Source of the DNA: Capsulimonadales bacterium | GTDB lineage: Bacteria > Armatimonadota > Armatimonadia > Armatimonadales > Armatimonadaceae | Direction of reading: 5' to 3' | DNA: 39,034 nucleotides | Assembly (NCBI GenBank): GCA_033762295.1 | Contig: JANRLW010000048.1 | Location: 1 to 39,034 of the forward strand | In this document: positions 8,744 through 17,944 of the stretch, piece by piece | How positions within the stretch are numbered: position 1 is the stretch's first letter | Layout: each line of letters opens with the position of its first letter | The notes under the pieces: model-generated | Seen by the model: the letters and a program-made list of their open reading frames with translations, nothing else | Database searches by the model: none | What the model was told of the DNA's origin: nothing | Translations under genes and position numbers: made by a program

Positions 8744-10513
8744 TTATTCGTTCGGGAAGAGGCCGATGGTGCTGCCGTGGATATGGAACCCGATACGCGT
8801 GATATCGCTGACGTCGTCCTGGTCGCCGAACATGTCGTTGCTGACGATCGGCGCATGGCGGAACCGCGCCTGCCGGATCAGTTCGTCGTCGGCGGACGTC
8901 CCGGCGGGCACTTCCCGGACGATATCCCGGTCGACCAGTTGACGAAACCCCGCCCGGTCATCGACATGACGCCCCAGGTTGGCATCGGCGATCATCAGCA
9001 CCGGGAAAAAGCCGGCCCGGAGGAGAAAATCGCGCATCCGGCGCAGGTGCAGCGTCCGCGGAACGGATGTCAGGGCGAGCGGGTCCGGGTTGAACCGGGC
9101 CACGTTGGACGCATCGACCAGAATCGGCGCGGTGACCGTCCGCAGAAAGGGTTCGACGGTCGCCGGTTCCAGGGCGGCCACGGTCTCCAGAAGCGCGTCC
9201 GCGCGGCGATTTTCCGCCTCGCCCGCCGCCCGTAACGCCGCCACTCCCTGGCGCACGTTCCGCACCATGTCCGCCTCGCCGGACTCGACCGCCTGCACCA
9301 GACGACGGGGCGTGACCGGCATGCTGTTGAACGTCGGCAACAAAACCGGCTGATCCGGCCCGATCTGCGTCGTCACGCCCGAAATTTCCAGCAGGTCCTT
9401 GCCTGCGCTTCCGAGCAGTTCGCCCAGCCGCTGATAAGCGATGCGAGATCGAAGGCGCAACTGCCGGAACAGGGAGGCGACTCGCGCCTCGACGCCCGTG
9501 CGGCGCGCCAGCGCGACCAGTCGACGGAGCGGTTCGCCATCGGTTTTGCGGAGGTTTTTCGCCTCGCTCAGGAAACGCAGGGCGACTTCGGCGGCGACGA
9601 GGACCTCGCCCCCATCGAGCAGGGCCGGAATCGCCAGCCGACTCTGCTCCTCCCCGGCGGCGGTCTGCCCCTGACCGTAAAGAGCCGCGGCATAGAGAGC
9701 ATGGGTTCGGCCCCGCCCCGCGCTGTCCTCACGGGCGGCGTCGGCATTCAGCGCCTCCCGGCACAGGTCGATGACCGCGCCGTACCGGGCGCGTTTCAAC
9801 AGGCGCTCCGCTCCCTCGGCCAGCAGAGAGGCGCGTGGAACGATCGACGGGGCGGGCAACGGCTCGGCGAGACCGGACGGCGCGGGCTCGACCACGGTCG
9901 TGACGACGGCTTTACGCTCTCTCCCCTCGTCACGACGTTCCTCCCGGCGCAACTGGTGGCGCAGTCGCGCCTTTTCCTCCTCCGCCTGATGCAGGGCGTC
10001 CTGCGCCTGCGCCAGAGTCTGTCGGGCGAGGTCCCGCTCCTGCTCCGCGCGGGCCAGAGCGGCCTTTGTCTCGCGCAGTTCCATCTCGCGGGTGAGGACG
10101 GTCGCCTTTCGCTTTTCCAGGGCATCCCGGAGGATGGCGACCTCCTTCCGGAGATTCTCGATCTCGCGGGCCGGGGTGGCGGGCGGGGTTTTGACGGGAG
10201 CGGCGGCGGCGGGAGTCGGCTTCGGGGCGAGCGAGCGCAGCGATTCCGCGAATTTTGCCTGTTTCCCCGCCTCTTCGACGATACGACCGATCACCCGGGG
10301 GTTTTTCAGCGCGTCACCGGACGGACGAAACCCGGCGAAAATCCGGTTGGCCCGCGCCCTGTCTTCGTTGAGGAGAGCGAGCAGGTCCCGCGCCGCCAGT
10401 CCGGCCAGATGCTGTCGCCACTCCTCCGGGGACAACGACGCGACGACGGTTTCCGATCCCGGATTCGCCGGACTATCGTCCGGCCGGGTCGCCTCTTGTA
10501 AATCGGAGGTCAT
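8744..10513 (-). CDS. Coiled-coil/TPR-like protein with C-terminal NYN/PIN (Zc3h12a-like) ribonuclease domain
   Basis: ILVDASNVA, IADAN, ADDELI and IVSNDMF supply the acidic residues of PIN/NYN nucleases. Central heptad-rich region. Confidence 0.7.
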   Translation of the reverse strand: MTSDLQEATRPDDSPANPGSETVVASLSPEEWRQHLAGLAARDLLALLNEDRARANRIFAGFRPSGDALKNPRVIGRIVEEAGKQAKFAESLRSLAPKPTPAAAAPVKTPPATPAREIENLRKEVAILRDALEKRKATVLTREMELRETKAALARAEQERDLARQTLAQAQDALHQAEEEKARLRHQLRREERRDEGRERKAVVTTVVEPAPSGLAEPLPAPSIVPRASLLAEGAERLLKRARYGAVIDLCREALNADAAREDSAGRGRTHALYAAALYGQGQTAAGEEQSRLAIPALLDGGEVLVAAEVALRFLSEAKNLRKTDGEPLRRLVALARRTGVEARVASLFRQLRLRSRIAYQRLGELLGSAGKDLLEISGVTTQIGPDQPVLLPTFNSMPVTPRRLVQAVESGEADMVRNVRQGVAALRAAGEAENRRADALLETVAALEPATVEPFLRTVTAPILVDASNVARFNPDPLALTSVPRTLHLRRMRDFLLRAGFFPVLMIADANLGRHVDDRAGFRQLVDRDIVREVPAGTSADDELIRQARFRHAPIVSNDMFGDQDDVSDITRIGFHIHGSTIGLFPNE

Positions 10514-10581
10514 AAGGGCTGCTTTTTACGGAGTGCGATTCGACGTAGCTTTCGCCTATTATATCCTGTCAGCTCCCTCGT

Positions 10582-11712
10582 TCAGGCACCGGAAAGTACC
10601 GGTAACGGACGCATCGCCGAACCGGGGCGCAGCGCCGAGCGCTTCAGTTGCCCGCATGCCGCCGCGATCCGATGCCCCCGCTCCTGCCGCTGGGTGATGG
10701 TAACTCCGTAAGAAGCGACGATCTCCCGGAACCGGCGGGACGCCTCCGCCGTCGGCCGCCGGTACCGCGCCGCGACCTCGGTCGTGTTATAGGGAATCGT
10801 GTTCACGGAGACCAGCGGTTGATTTTGCAGCAGTTGCCCGAGTTCGTGGGCTTCCTTCTCCGTATCGTTGACGCCGGAGAGCAGCACGTACTCGAACGTG
10901 ATCCGTCGGCGGGTGCGATTCACATAATGGCGGCACGCCTCCATCAGGCGAGCGATCGGATACCGGTCGTTGAGCGGGACCAGTTCGGAGCGGAGAGTAT
11001 CGTTCGGGGCGTGCAGCGAGACGGCCAGAGTGATCTGCAGATCCTCCTCGGCCAGCTTTTCGATGTTGGGAACGACGCCGACCGTGGACAGCGTGATATG
11101 GCGCATCGCGATCCCGACCTCCCGGTTGAGCAGGCCAACGGCTTTCAGGACGTTCGGGTAGTTCAGCAGCGGTTCGCCCATGCCCATCAGCACGACATGG
11201 GTAATGCGGTTGTCGCGATGCTGCGACTGCATCAGCAGTACCTGATCGACGATCTCTCCGGCGGTCAGATTGCGGGCCAGTCCCTCGGTGCCGGTGGCGC
11301 AGAACGAGCAGGCCATCGGGCAGCCGACCTGCGAGGAGATGCAGACCGAGGTGCGTCCCTCATAGGGCAGAAAGACGGACTCGATCACCTCATCATCGGG
11401 CATCGTCAGGAGGTACTTGACCGTACCGTCGGGCGCGGCGGACGCCGATCGGAGGCGGCACGGCGCCAGCGGAAACCCGGCGGCCATCTCCTCCTTCAGC
11501 GTGCGCGGCAGGTCGGTAATCTCCTCCCACTCGCGGGCAAATCGCTGGTAAAGGGCCTGCGCCAGCTGCTTGCCCCGAAAGGCGGGCGCACCCCGATCGA
11601 GGAACAGAGCGACCAGTTCCTCGGTCGTCTTCCCGACGAGCGTCTCCGTCCCGCGACGGTTCCCCGTCGTTTCGACCTCCGTGATGGTTTCTAAAGTTTC
11701 TGCCCCGGACAT
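10582..11712 (-). CDS. rlmN: 23S rRNA (A2503-C2)/tRNA methyltransferase RlmN
   Basis: DGTVKYL, CISSQVGCPMACSFCATG, MGMGEPLLN, SLHAPND, FEYVLL and IAAACGQL. Confidence 0.96.
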   Translation of the reverse strand: MSGAETLETITEVETTGNRRGTETLVGKTTEELVALFLDRGAPAFRGKQLAQALYQRFAREWEEITDLPRTLKEEMAAGFPLAPCRLRSASAAPDGTVKYLLTMPDDEVIESVFLPYEGRTSVCISSQVGCPMACSFCATGTEGLARNLTAGEIVDQVLLMQSQHRDNRITHVVLMGMGEPLLNYPNVLKAVGLLNREVGIAMRHITLSTVGVVPNIEKLAEEDLQITLAVSLHAPNDTLRSELVPLNDRYPIARLMEACRHYVNRTRRRITFEYVLLSGVNDTEKEAHELGQLLQNQPLVSVNTIPYNTTEVAARYRRPTAEASRRFREIVASYGVTITQRQERGHRIAAACGQLKRSALRPGSAMRPLPVLSGA

Positions 11713-11739
11713 AGCGTCACAGTATACCGGGGAAAGATT

Positions 11740-12696
11740 TCAAGCGCCAGCGGCGGTCAGGCGGGCGACGACTTCGGCGGCGGTCGGAAGGTCGCGGATA
11801 TGCGCGACGGAGGTGCCGGCGTACAGGCACATCTCCTCGATGCGGCCGGTCATACCGATTCGCGGCGCGGTGTCCTCGTAACGGTAGATCGGTTCACCGT
11901 TCGTCGTATGCGCGAGGACGTCCCCCTCGCCGGGACGACGTCCGACCGGCGGGCTGCCCGCCGCCTCCCATTCGCGTAGCGTCCGGTTTCGCAGTACCCG
12001 GTGGGCGGCATAGGGCCAGCCTCCGTCGAAACAGACGGTCAGGGCCGTATCGTCCGCGGTGGCGGCGACCAGGGCGGCCTTATACTCCGGATGGGCGCGG
12101 CTTTCCTGAGTGGCGACAAACCGGGTGCCGCACATGACCGCCGCCGCCCCGGCGTCGAGGTAACGGCGCACCTGACCGGCGGTTGCGATCCCTCCCGCCG
12201 CGACGACCGGAACCGCCCCGGCCAGAGCCAGCACACCGGGCAACAGAGCATCCAGGGAAGAGGTTGCCTGAACGTGCCCCCCGGCCTCGCTCCCCTGGGC
12301 GATCAGGAAGTCCGCGCCGGACGCGACCGCTCGACGCGCCCCCTCCCCGGAGGTCACCTGCACACCGACCGCCGCCCCCGCGCGATGGCAGCGATCGGTA
12401 AACGGCGCGGCGTCACCCCACGAAAAAGTGATCACCGGCACGCCCGAATCCAGGGCGACATCGAGCGAGCGGGGTTCGAAATGGAGCGCGAAATTCACCT
12501 GAAACGGCGCATCGGTCCGGGCGCGAACGTCGGCGATCGCTTCCCGGGCCGTTTCCGGTTCGGTCCAGGTCAGGCCCAGGGCGCCGAGCGCCCCGGCTTC
12601 CGAGACGGCGGCACAGAGTTCCGGCCCGGCGACGCTGCCGGTCGGCGCCTGAAGCAGGCGAACATGTAGAATTATTTCGCTTAATTGCCTCGTCAT
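11740..12696 (-). CDS. Nitronate monooxygenase family FMN-dependent oxidoreductase
   Basis: LQAP, AAVSEAGALG, AQGSEAGGH, VVAAGGI, GTRFVATQES and YAG motifs. Confidence 0.9.
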   Translation of the reverse strand: MTRQLSEIILHVRLLQAPTGSVAGPELCAAVSEAGALGALGLTWTEPETAREAIADVRARTDAPFQVNFALHFEPRSLDVALDSGVPVITFSWGDAAPFTDRCHRAGAAVGVQVTSGEGARRAVASGADFLIAQGSEAGGHVQATSSLDALLPGVLALAGAVPVVAAGGIATAGQVRRYLDAGAAAVMCGTRFVATQESRAHPEYKAALVAATADDTALTVCFDGGWPYAAHRVLRNRTLREWEAAGSPPVGRRPGEGDVLAHTTNGEPIYRYEDTAPRIGMTGRIEEMCLYAGTSVAHIRDLPTAAEVVARLTAAGA

Positions 12697-12866
12697 TTCT
12701 TTATCCGGAATAAATGCCGGAATTTTGCGAAAGTCCGGCTGACACTCTCTGACAGCATGCTTGTCGGAACGGATTATGCTATATTGTCTGTACCCATCGG
12801 AGTAAGATTTTACACACTGTCGGCCAGATCGATCGGTTTCGATCCTGTCCGGAGGAGACTTTATTC

Positions 12867-14177
12867 GTGATACCGGAAAAATCCGATAAAAAGAACACCG
12901 TTCCTCCCTACACGGTAGTTGCCCTGTGCCTTATAAACCTCCTCCTGTTCACATTCGGGGGGTTGTCGGAGTGGTTCGCTTTTTCTCCGCGTGTCGTCCT
13001 GACGGAGCCCTGGCGACTGCTGACCGCGCTGTTTTTGCATCCTTCCGTGACGAACCTGATCGTGAGCCTGTCGGTTCTGGCGGTCTTCGGCAAAGATCTG
13101 GAGGAGCGCCTGAAGGGGGGATGGCTGCTGACCGCTTACTTTGGCGGCGGTGTGGCGGGGATGCTTTTCTACGGGATTGCGTCCCTTTTCGGCGAACCGG
13201 CCGCACCGTATACCGGAGCGTCCGCGGCCGTTCTGGGCGTTGTCGGGACCTATATGTACCAGCGTCCGCACTCCGCGGTTACCGTGGTGGCTCTGAGCCG
13301 TCCCCAGCCGGTTCTCCGGAGAGTGAACGCCGTCGGACTGACTCTGGTCTATCTGGTGGCCGATCTCTGGGCGGGTTCCGCCTCCGGTCAGGGGGGCCTC
13401 GCTTTTGTCGCGCATCTCTGCGGATACGTTTGCGGCTGGCTGCTGGCCCGTTTCCGCCATCTTCCGTACCAGACCGCCGAGCAGACAAAAACCCGGGAAG
13501 TGATCGAAGCCGCCGAAGGGCACCTGGGGGCGCTTCCGCTGGCGGATCTGGCGCGCGCTTATGATATGTGCCCCGAAAACCCGCAGGTTTCCGTCGCCTA
13601 CTGTCTGCATTCGGCCCGATCCGGCGCACGCCGCAAAGCGGTCGAGGTCATGCATACGCGCGAGCAACACTTCACCCAGTGCCCTGCGGACGAACTGGCC
13701 TATGTGATTCTGGAACTGACCCAGTACGATGGCAACCCGCCCGGCTGGCTTATTCTCCGCACCGCCCTCCGGTTGATCGACACCGATCCGGGTCTTGCGG
13801 AAGCGCTGCTCTGGCGTCTCCTGCGCAACCGTCCCCGTCCGACCGGGGAACTGCTGGAAAAGGGGCTGGCGCGACTCGCGGGGCTGCTGGACGCCAAAGA
13901 AACGCAGACCGCCGAGGCCGCCGCACTCTATGTGGTCGTCTGCGAGGAGTTCCCGATGAGCGATTCCGCGGTCCTCGCGCGGCTGCGCCTCAAGGAAATC
14001 GGCGTCCCGGAGGATCTTGTCTTCCTGCCGGAAGAAGGGAAGGTCGTCAAACTCGACGCCTGCACTCCGGCGGCGCCCCCCGCCCTCCGTCCGATGCCCG
14101 AACCGTCCCCGTACCTGCCGCCCGTCTTCCAGTCGTCCATCGCGCCGTCGTCCGTCTCGGTCGGCGCGAACGCCTGA
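12867..14177 (+). CDS. Rhomboid-family intramembrane serine protease with C-terminal helical/TPR-like domain
   Basis: PWRLLTALFLH, GASA (catalytic Ser), VAHLCG (catalytic His) and about six hydrophobic segments; GGAGGAG RBS before the GTG start. Confidence 0.8.
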   Translation: MIPEKSDKKNTVPPYTVVALCLINLLLFTFGGLSEWFAFSPRVVLTEPWRLLTALFLHPSVTNLIVSLSVLAVFGKDLEERLKGGWLLTAYFGGGVAGMLFYGIASLFGEPAAPYTGASAAVLGVVGTYMYQRPHSAVTVVALSRPQPVLRRVNAVGLTLVYLVADLWAGSASGQGGLAFVAHLCGYVCGWLLARFRHLPYQTAEQTKTREVIEAAEGHLGALPLADLARAYDMCPENPQVSVAYCLHSARSGARRKAVEVMHTREQHFTQCPADELAYVILELTQYDGNPPGWLILRTALRLIDTDPGLAEALLWRLLRNRPRPTGELLEKGLARLAGLLDAKETQTAEAAALYVVVCEEFPMSDSAVLARLRLKEIGVPEDLVFLPEEGKVVKLDACTPAAPPALRPMPEPSPYLPPVFQSSIAPSSVSVGANA

Positions 14178-14188
14178 TCGCGGAACGC

Positions 14189-14226
14189 CTCGCCGGTTTC
14201 GAAGTCCGTCCCTCGAAACCGGCGAG
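14189..14226. terminator. 14-bp perfect stem-loop between convergent genes
   Basis: CTCGCCGGTTTCGA-N10-TCGAAACCGGCGAG between stop codons at 14177 and 14248; no U-tract. Confidence 0.6.
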
Positions 14227-14247
14227 AGATTCTTCCCGGAGACGCCG

Positions 14248-14865
14248 TCAGACCGGATTCGACGGCACCGGTTCGGTATGCGCCGGGGTAACGCTTTTGG
14301 CGGGTTCCTCCATCGCTTCGGCAACCAGGTCCTGGGCCGATTCCGCCGCCACCGTGTTCCGATTCAAGCGCAGAAGCGCCCCGATGCTGAGGAAGGCGCA
14401 CAGAAACGCGCCGCCCAGAGAAAGCGCCAGCGGAAGGATGCTCTGCGCACCCGGCACGATCGATCGCTCGGGATTGTCCGGCAGCACCCGGATGTTGAGC
14501 GGAGAGCCACTGCGTACCATCTCCGTGTAGCCCGTCTTGCCGCCGTACGCCTTTCCGTTCATCTGGTAGCCGTACCAGACCTCATAAGGACGGTTCCACC
14601 GGTTCAGTCCGCCGCTTTCGAAAATCCGCTCCACCGTCGCGTTGACCGGCACGCCGCGCATCTCAAACTCTCGCTGATCATGCAGGATCATGATGCCCAG
14701 GGTCGCCAGAGCGACCGCGATAGCCCCGGAAATGACCGCCTGCGTCTTCTCTCCGGTACGCGTAGCGCCCCGTTTCGGGCTGTCCGACGCCTTCTCTTCC
14801 AACTCCGGACACGTACATTTCTGACAAAACGCCGGATCGTTGTCGTAAAGCGAAATTTCCGCCAT
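14248..14865 (-). CDS. Two-TM membrane protein, DUF3592-like
   Basis: TM, then GVPVNATV...YEVWYGYQMNGKAY...IRVLPDNPERS, then TM. GGGAGGA RBS before the ATG at 14865. Confidence 0.6.
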   Translation of the reverse strand: MAEISLYDNDPAFCQKCTCPELEEKASDSPKRGATRTGEKTQAVISGAIAVALATLGIMILHDQREFEMRGVPVNATVERIFESGGLNRWNRPYEVWYGYQMNGKAYGGKTGYTEMVRSGSPLNIRVLPDNPERSIVPGAQSILPLALSLGGAFLCAFLSIGALLRLNRNTVAAESAQDLVAEAMEEPAKSVTPAHTEPVPSNPV

Positions 14866-14999
14866 CGATTTCCTCCCACTCGGAAACACCAGAGGTCCGC
14901 CACTCCACACGAGAACGGCCTTTCCGATTATTGGTAGGAACCCTTTAAATCCATATACTTAGGTCTGGCAACCTATCACTTTTACCAGACATAAAGCAA

Positions 15000-16049
15000 T
15001 CAAAACATCGACCGGCGAACCTCAGAAGTGACTAACTCCGTCAGTGAGGCGACATAACGATCCAGGGAAGCATGCTCCGTTACCCAGGCGCGTCCCGCGC
15101 GTTCGAGACGGGCGGTCGCCTCCGGGTCCGTCAGAAGCGTTCGCAGGACCGAAGCGAGCGCATCGGCGTCGCCGGCCGGGACCGTTTGCGCGGCGATCGT
15201 ATAGTCGGCGATTCCGGGCGTCTCCGTCACGATGGTCGGACGGCCGACCGCCATGGCCTCCAGCAGCGCGGTCGATCCGGCGGCATACCGCGTCCCCGCC
15301 TCCAGCGGCACGACCGCCGCCGTCGCTCCCCGGTAAAGCTCCCGGAGCGTCCCCCAGTCGATGGCCCCACGCCTCTCGACATTCGGAGGAACGCGTAACG
15401 GTCCCGTTCGATCGCCCGTCCAGGCGCTTCCGGCGACCAGTATACAGCGGTACTCCGGCATTTTTTCGAGGGCGGTCATCAGGGTGGCGTAATCCCGTCG
15501 TTCCTTCCCGACCGCCACCAGATACGGCCTCCCCTCCTCCGGACGCGCTGCTACGGGGACGGCCTCCGTTACGGTCTCCGGTTCGGCGGGACGCCAGAAA
15601 AGGGTATCGGCGTGGTGATGCCATCGGACAATTCGCTCCGGCGGCACTCGCGCCTCGTTCTCCAGATACCGATGCTGTTCTCCGCTCAATACGACGATAC
15701 GCGAGAACCGGGACAACACTCCGGTTTGTCGCTGCAGGGTCCGTTTACGTGGCGAGGACAGGTGGTGCGCGATCAACAGGTGCGGGCGGCGGTGGCGGTC
15801 GAGCAGCGCCAGCGGCAACGCGACCTTCTCGGACAGGGACAGAAACAGCGTCTCGCGCGGCATCCGCCATGCGGCGAACGCCTGACGGAAATCCAGCGAC
15901 GTCGCCGCTTCCAGTCGCGCCCACGCGCCTCGTCCGCCGGGCGGATAAAGGATTTCGCCGCCCAGAATGCGAGCGGTTTCGATAAAATCGACTCTCGGGC
16001 CGAACGCCGACGCTCCGTGCCGCACGGACGGGAGCAGGACGACTCTCAC
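15000..16049 (-). CDS. Glycosyltransferase family 4 (GT-B)
   Basis: AVGKERRDY and AAGSTALLEAMAVGRPTIVT motifs. Probable GTG start at 16049, just after the araB stop codon. Confidence 0.85.
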   Translation of the reverse strand: MRVVLLPSVRHGASAFGPRVDFIETARILGGEILYPPGGRGAWARLEAATSLDFRQAFAAWRMPRETLFLSLSEKVALPLALLDRHRRPHLLIAHHLSSPRKRTLQRQTGVLSRFSRIVVLSGEQHRYLENEARVPPERIVRWHHHADTLFWRPAEPETVTEAVPVAARPEEGRPYLVAVGKERRDYATLMTALEKMPEYRCILVAGSAWTGDRTGPLRVPPNVERRGAIDWGTLRELYRGATAAVVPLEAGTRYAAGSTALLEAMAVGRPTIVTETPGIADYTIAAQTVPAGDADALASVLRTLLTDPEATARLERAGRAWVTEHASLDRYVASLTELVTSEVRRSMF

Positions 16050-16063
16050 CGGGCCGTGCTCAC

Positions 16064-17740
16064 TCAGCCGCGAACGCGATCCCGGATCTCGATCAGCCGC
16101 TTCATGACGTGGTACAGGCTTCCCTGCCATTCGGCGACGCCGAACGCGTCATGGAGATCGCGATAGAGCGCGTACAGTTCCTCATAAACGGCCACCGCGT
16201 CGGTCTCCGGTCGGAAAACGCTCTCCTTCAGATGGGTCATCGCCTTTTCGGCGGTCGCGAAATCGGGGAAGACGCCACCGACGACCGCCGCGGCACAGGC
16301 CGAGCCGAGGGCGCAGGTCTGGGCGGATGCGGAGATGCGGATCGGTCGCGCCAGCACATCGGCATAGATCTGCATGGCGACCGGGTTCTTCTCCGCGATG
16401 CCGCCGCAGCAGAGCACCTGTTCGACCGTGACCCCGTACTCCTCCCAGCGTTCGACAATCGCGCGTGCGCCGAACGCCGTCGCCTCCAGCAGTGCGCGAT
16501 AGATTTCGGCCGGCGCGGTCGCCAGGGTCTGTCCGAGGATCAGTCCGGTCAGTCGTTGATCGACCAGCACCGTCCGGTTTCCGTTGTTCCAGTCCAGAGC
16601 GAGCAGACCGGACTCGCCCGGCCTCAGTTTTGCCGCTCCGGCGGTCAGTTCCTCGTGGGTGCGGTGGCCGCCGAACTGCGCGACCCACCAGTTGAACAGA
16701 TCGCCGACGGCGGACTGACCGGCTTCCATGCTGAAGTAGTCGGGAATGACGGCCTCCGGCGCGATACCGCACAGTCCGGGGATATCCGGCAGGTTCTGCG
16801 TCAGCGGGGCGATCATGATATCGCAGGTGGAGGTTCCCATGATCTTGACCAGAGCGCCCGGCCCGATGCCGCAACCGACCGCGCCCAGATGCGCGTCCAG
16901 CGCGCCGACCGCTACCGGGATTCCGTACGGCAGTCCGGTCCGCCCGGCCCACTCGGGAGTCAGGGTGCCGGCGGCATGATCGACCGGTACCGGTTCGGGG
17001 GACAGGTCCAGGTGATCGCGCCAGCGGGCGAGATCGGGATGGAGTTCCGCCAGGAAATCACGATCCGGCCAGCCTCCCCACGCGGCATGGTACATTCCCT
17101 TATGTCCGGCCGTACACAGCCCGCGCCAGGGTCGCGCCTCCGTCCCGGTCAGGATCGCCGGGATCCAGTCGGCGATCTCGATCCACCCCGCCGCGGCCCG
17201 CGCCACTTCCGGAGCGACTTCGGCGCAGTGCCACATTTTCGCCCAGAACCACTCCGAGGAGTAGGTACCGCCGCATTTGGCCAGATACTCCGGATGTTTT
17301 TCACGAGCGGCCGCCGTCAGCGCGACCGCTTTCTCCACGGAGGTATGATCCTTCCAGAGCCAGGCCAGCGCATGAGGGTTGTCGGCGAACTCCGGATGCT
17401 CTCCGAGGGCGCGTCCGTGCGCATCGACCGGGAGCGGCGTGCTGCCGGTGGTATCGACGCCGATCCCGGCGACCTTCTCCGGCGAGAAGGCGGCGTCGTT
17501 CAGGCGGGCCTCCTCGATGGCCCGGCGTATCGCCGTCTCCGCGCCGGTCAGGTAGTCCCGTGGGTGTTGCCGCGCCAGTTCCGGGTCCCGCGGATCGTAG
17601 AGAACTCCGGCTTCCCCGTGCGGGTAGGCATAGACGAACGTTCCGACTTCGGCGCCGTCCGTCGTCCGCACCACCAGAGCGCGCACGGTATTGGTGCCGT
17701 AATCCAGACCGATCACATAGGCGGGAGCATCACTGGACAT
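16064..17740 (-). CDS. araB: Ribulokinase (FGGY family)
   Basis: IGLDYGT, GIGVDTTGST, WKDH, YSSEWFWAK, AGHKG, KIMGTSTC, EAGQSAVGD, LDWNNGNRT and GGIAEKN. Confidence 0.92.
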   Translation of the reverse strand: MSSDAPAYVIGLDYGTNTVRALVVRTTDGAEVGTFVYAYPHGEAGVLYDPRDPELARQHPRDYLTGAETAIRRAIEEARLNDAAFSPEKVAGIGVDTTGSTPLPVDAHGRALGEHPEFADNPHALAWLWKDHTSVEKAVALTAAAREKHPEYLAKCGGTYSSEWFWAKMWHCAEVAPEVARAAAGWIEIADWIPAILTGTEARPWRGLCTAGHKGMYHAAWGGWPDRDFLAELHPDLARWRDHLDLSPEPVPVDHAAGTLTPEWAGRTGLPYGIPVAVGALDAHLGAVGCGIGPGALVKIMGTSTCDIMIAPLTQNLPDIPGLCGIAPEAVIPDYFSMEAGQSAVGDLFNWWVAQFGGHRTHEELTAGAAKLRPGESGLLALDWNNGNRTVLVDQRLTGLILGQTLATAPAEIYRALLEATAFGARAIVERWEEYGVTVEQVLCCGGIAEKNPVAMQIYADVLARPIRISASAQTCALGSACAAAVVGGVFPDFATAEKAMTHLKESVFRPETDAVAVYEELYALYRDLHDAFGVAEWQGSLYHVMKRLIEIRDRVRG

Positions 17741-17944
17741 GTTTTTTTCTCCGGTTCCGAAACAGTAGCCCTCTCTGTTTCGCGGCCGACGGGATAAAAT
17801 CCTACGGCAGCGGGAACTCCGTCCCCTCTCGGAGCGTACGGATAACCGTTTTCAAGAGCAAAATATTTGCATTGCATTTTCCGTTCGAATCGTTCGCCGG
17901 AGGGCGCTCGATTCGCATGGGGAACGAAAGCAGGTGCGACACTT

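Noticed and set aside
10582..11712. Cfr-type resistance methyltransferase
   Set aside because: Motifs and chromosomal context fit housekeeping RlmN, and there is no mobile context.
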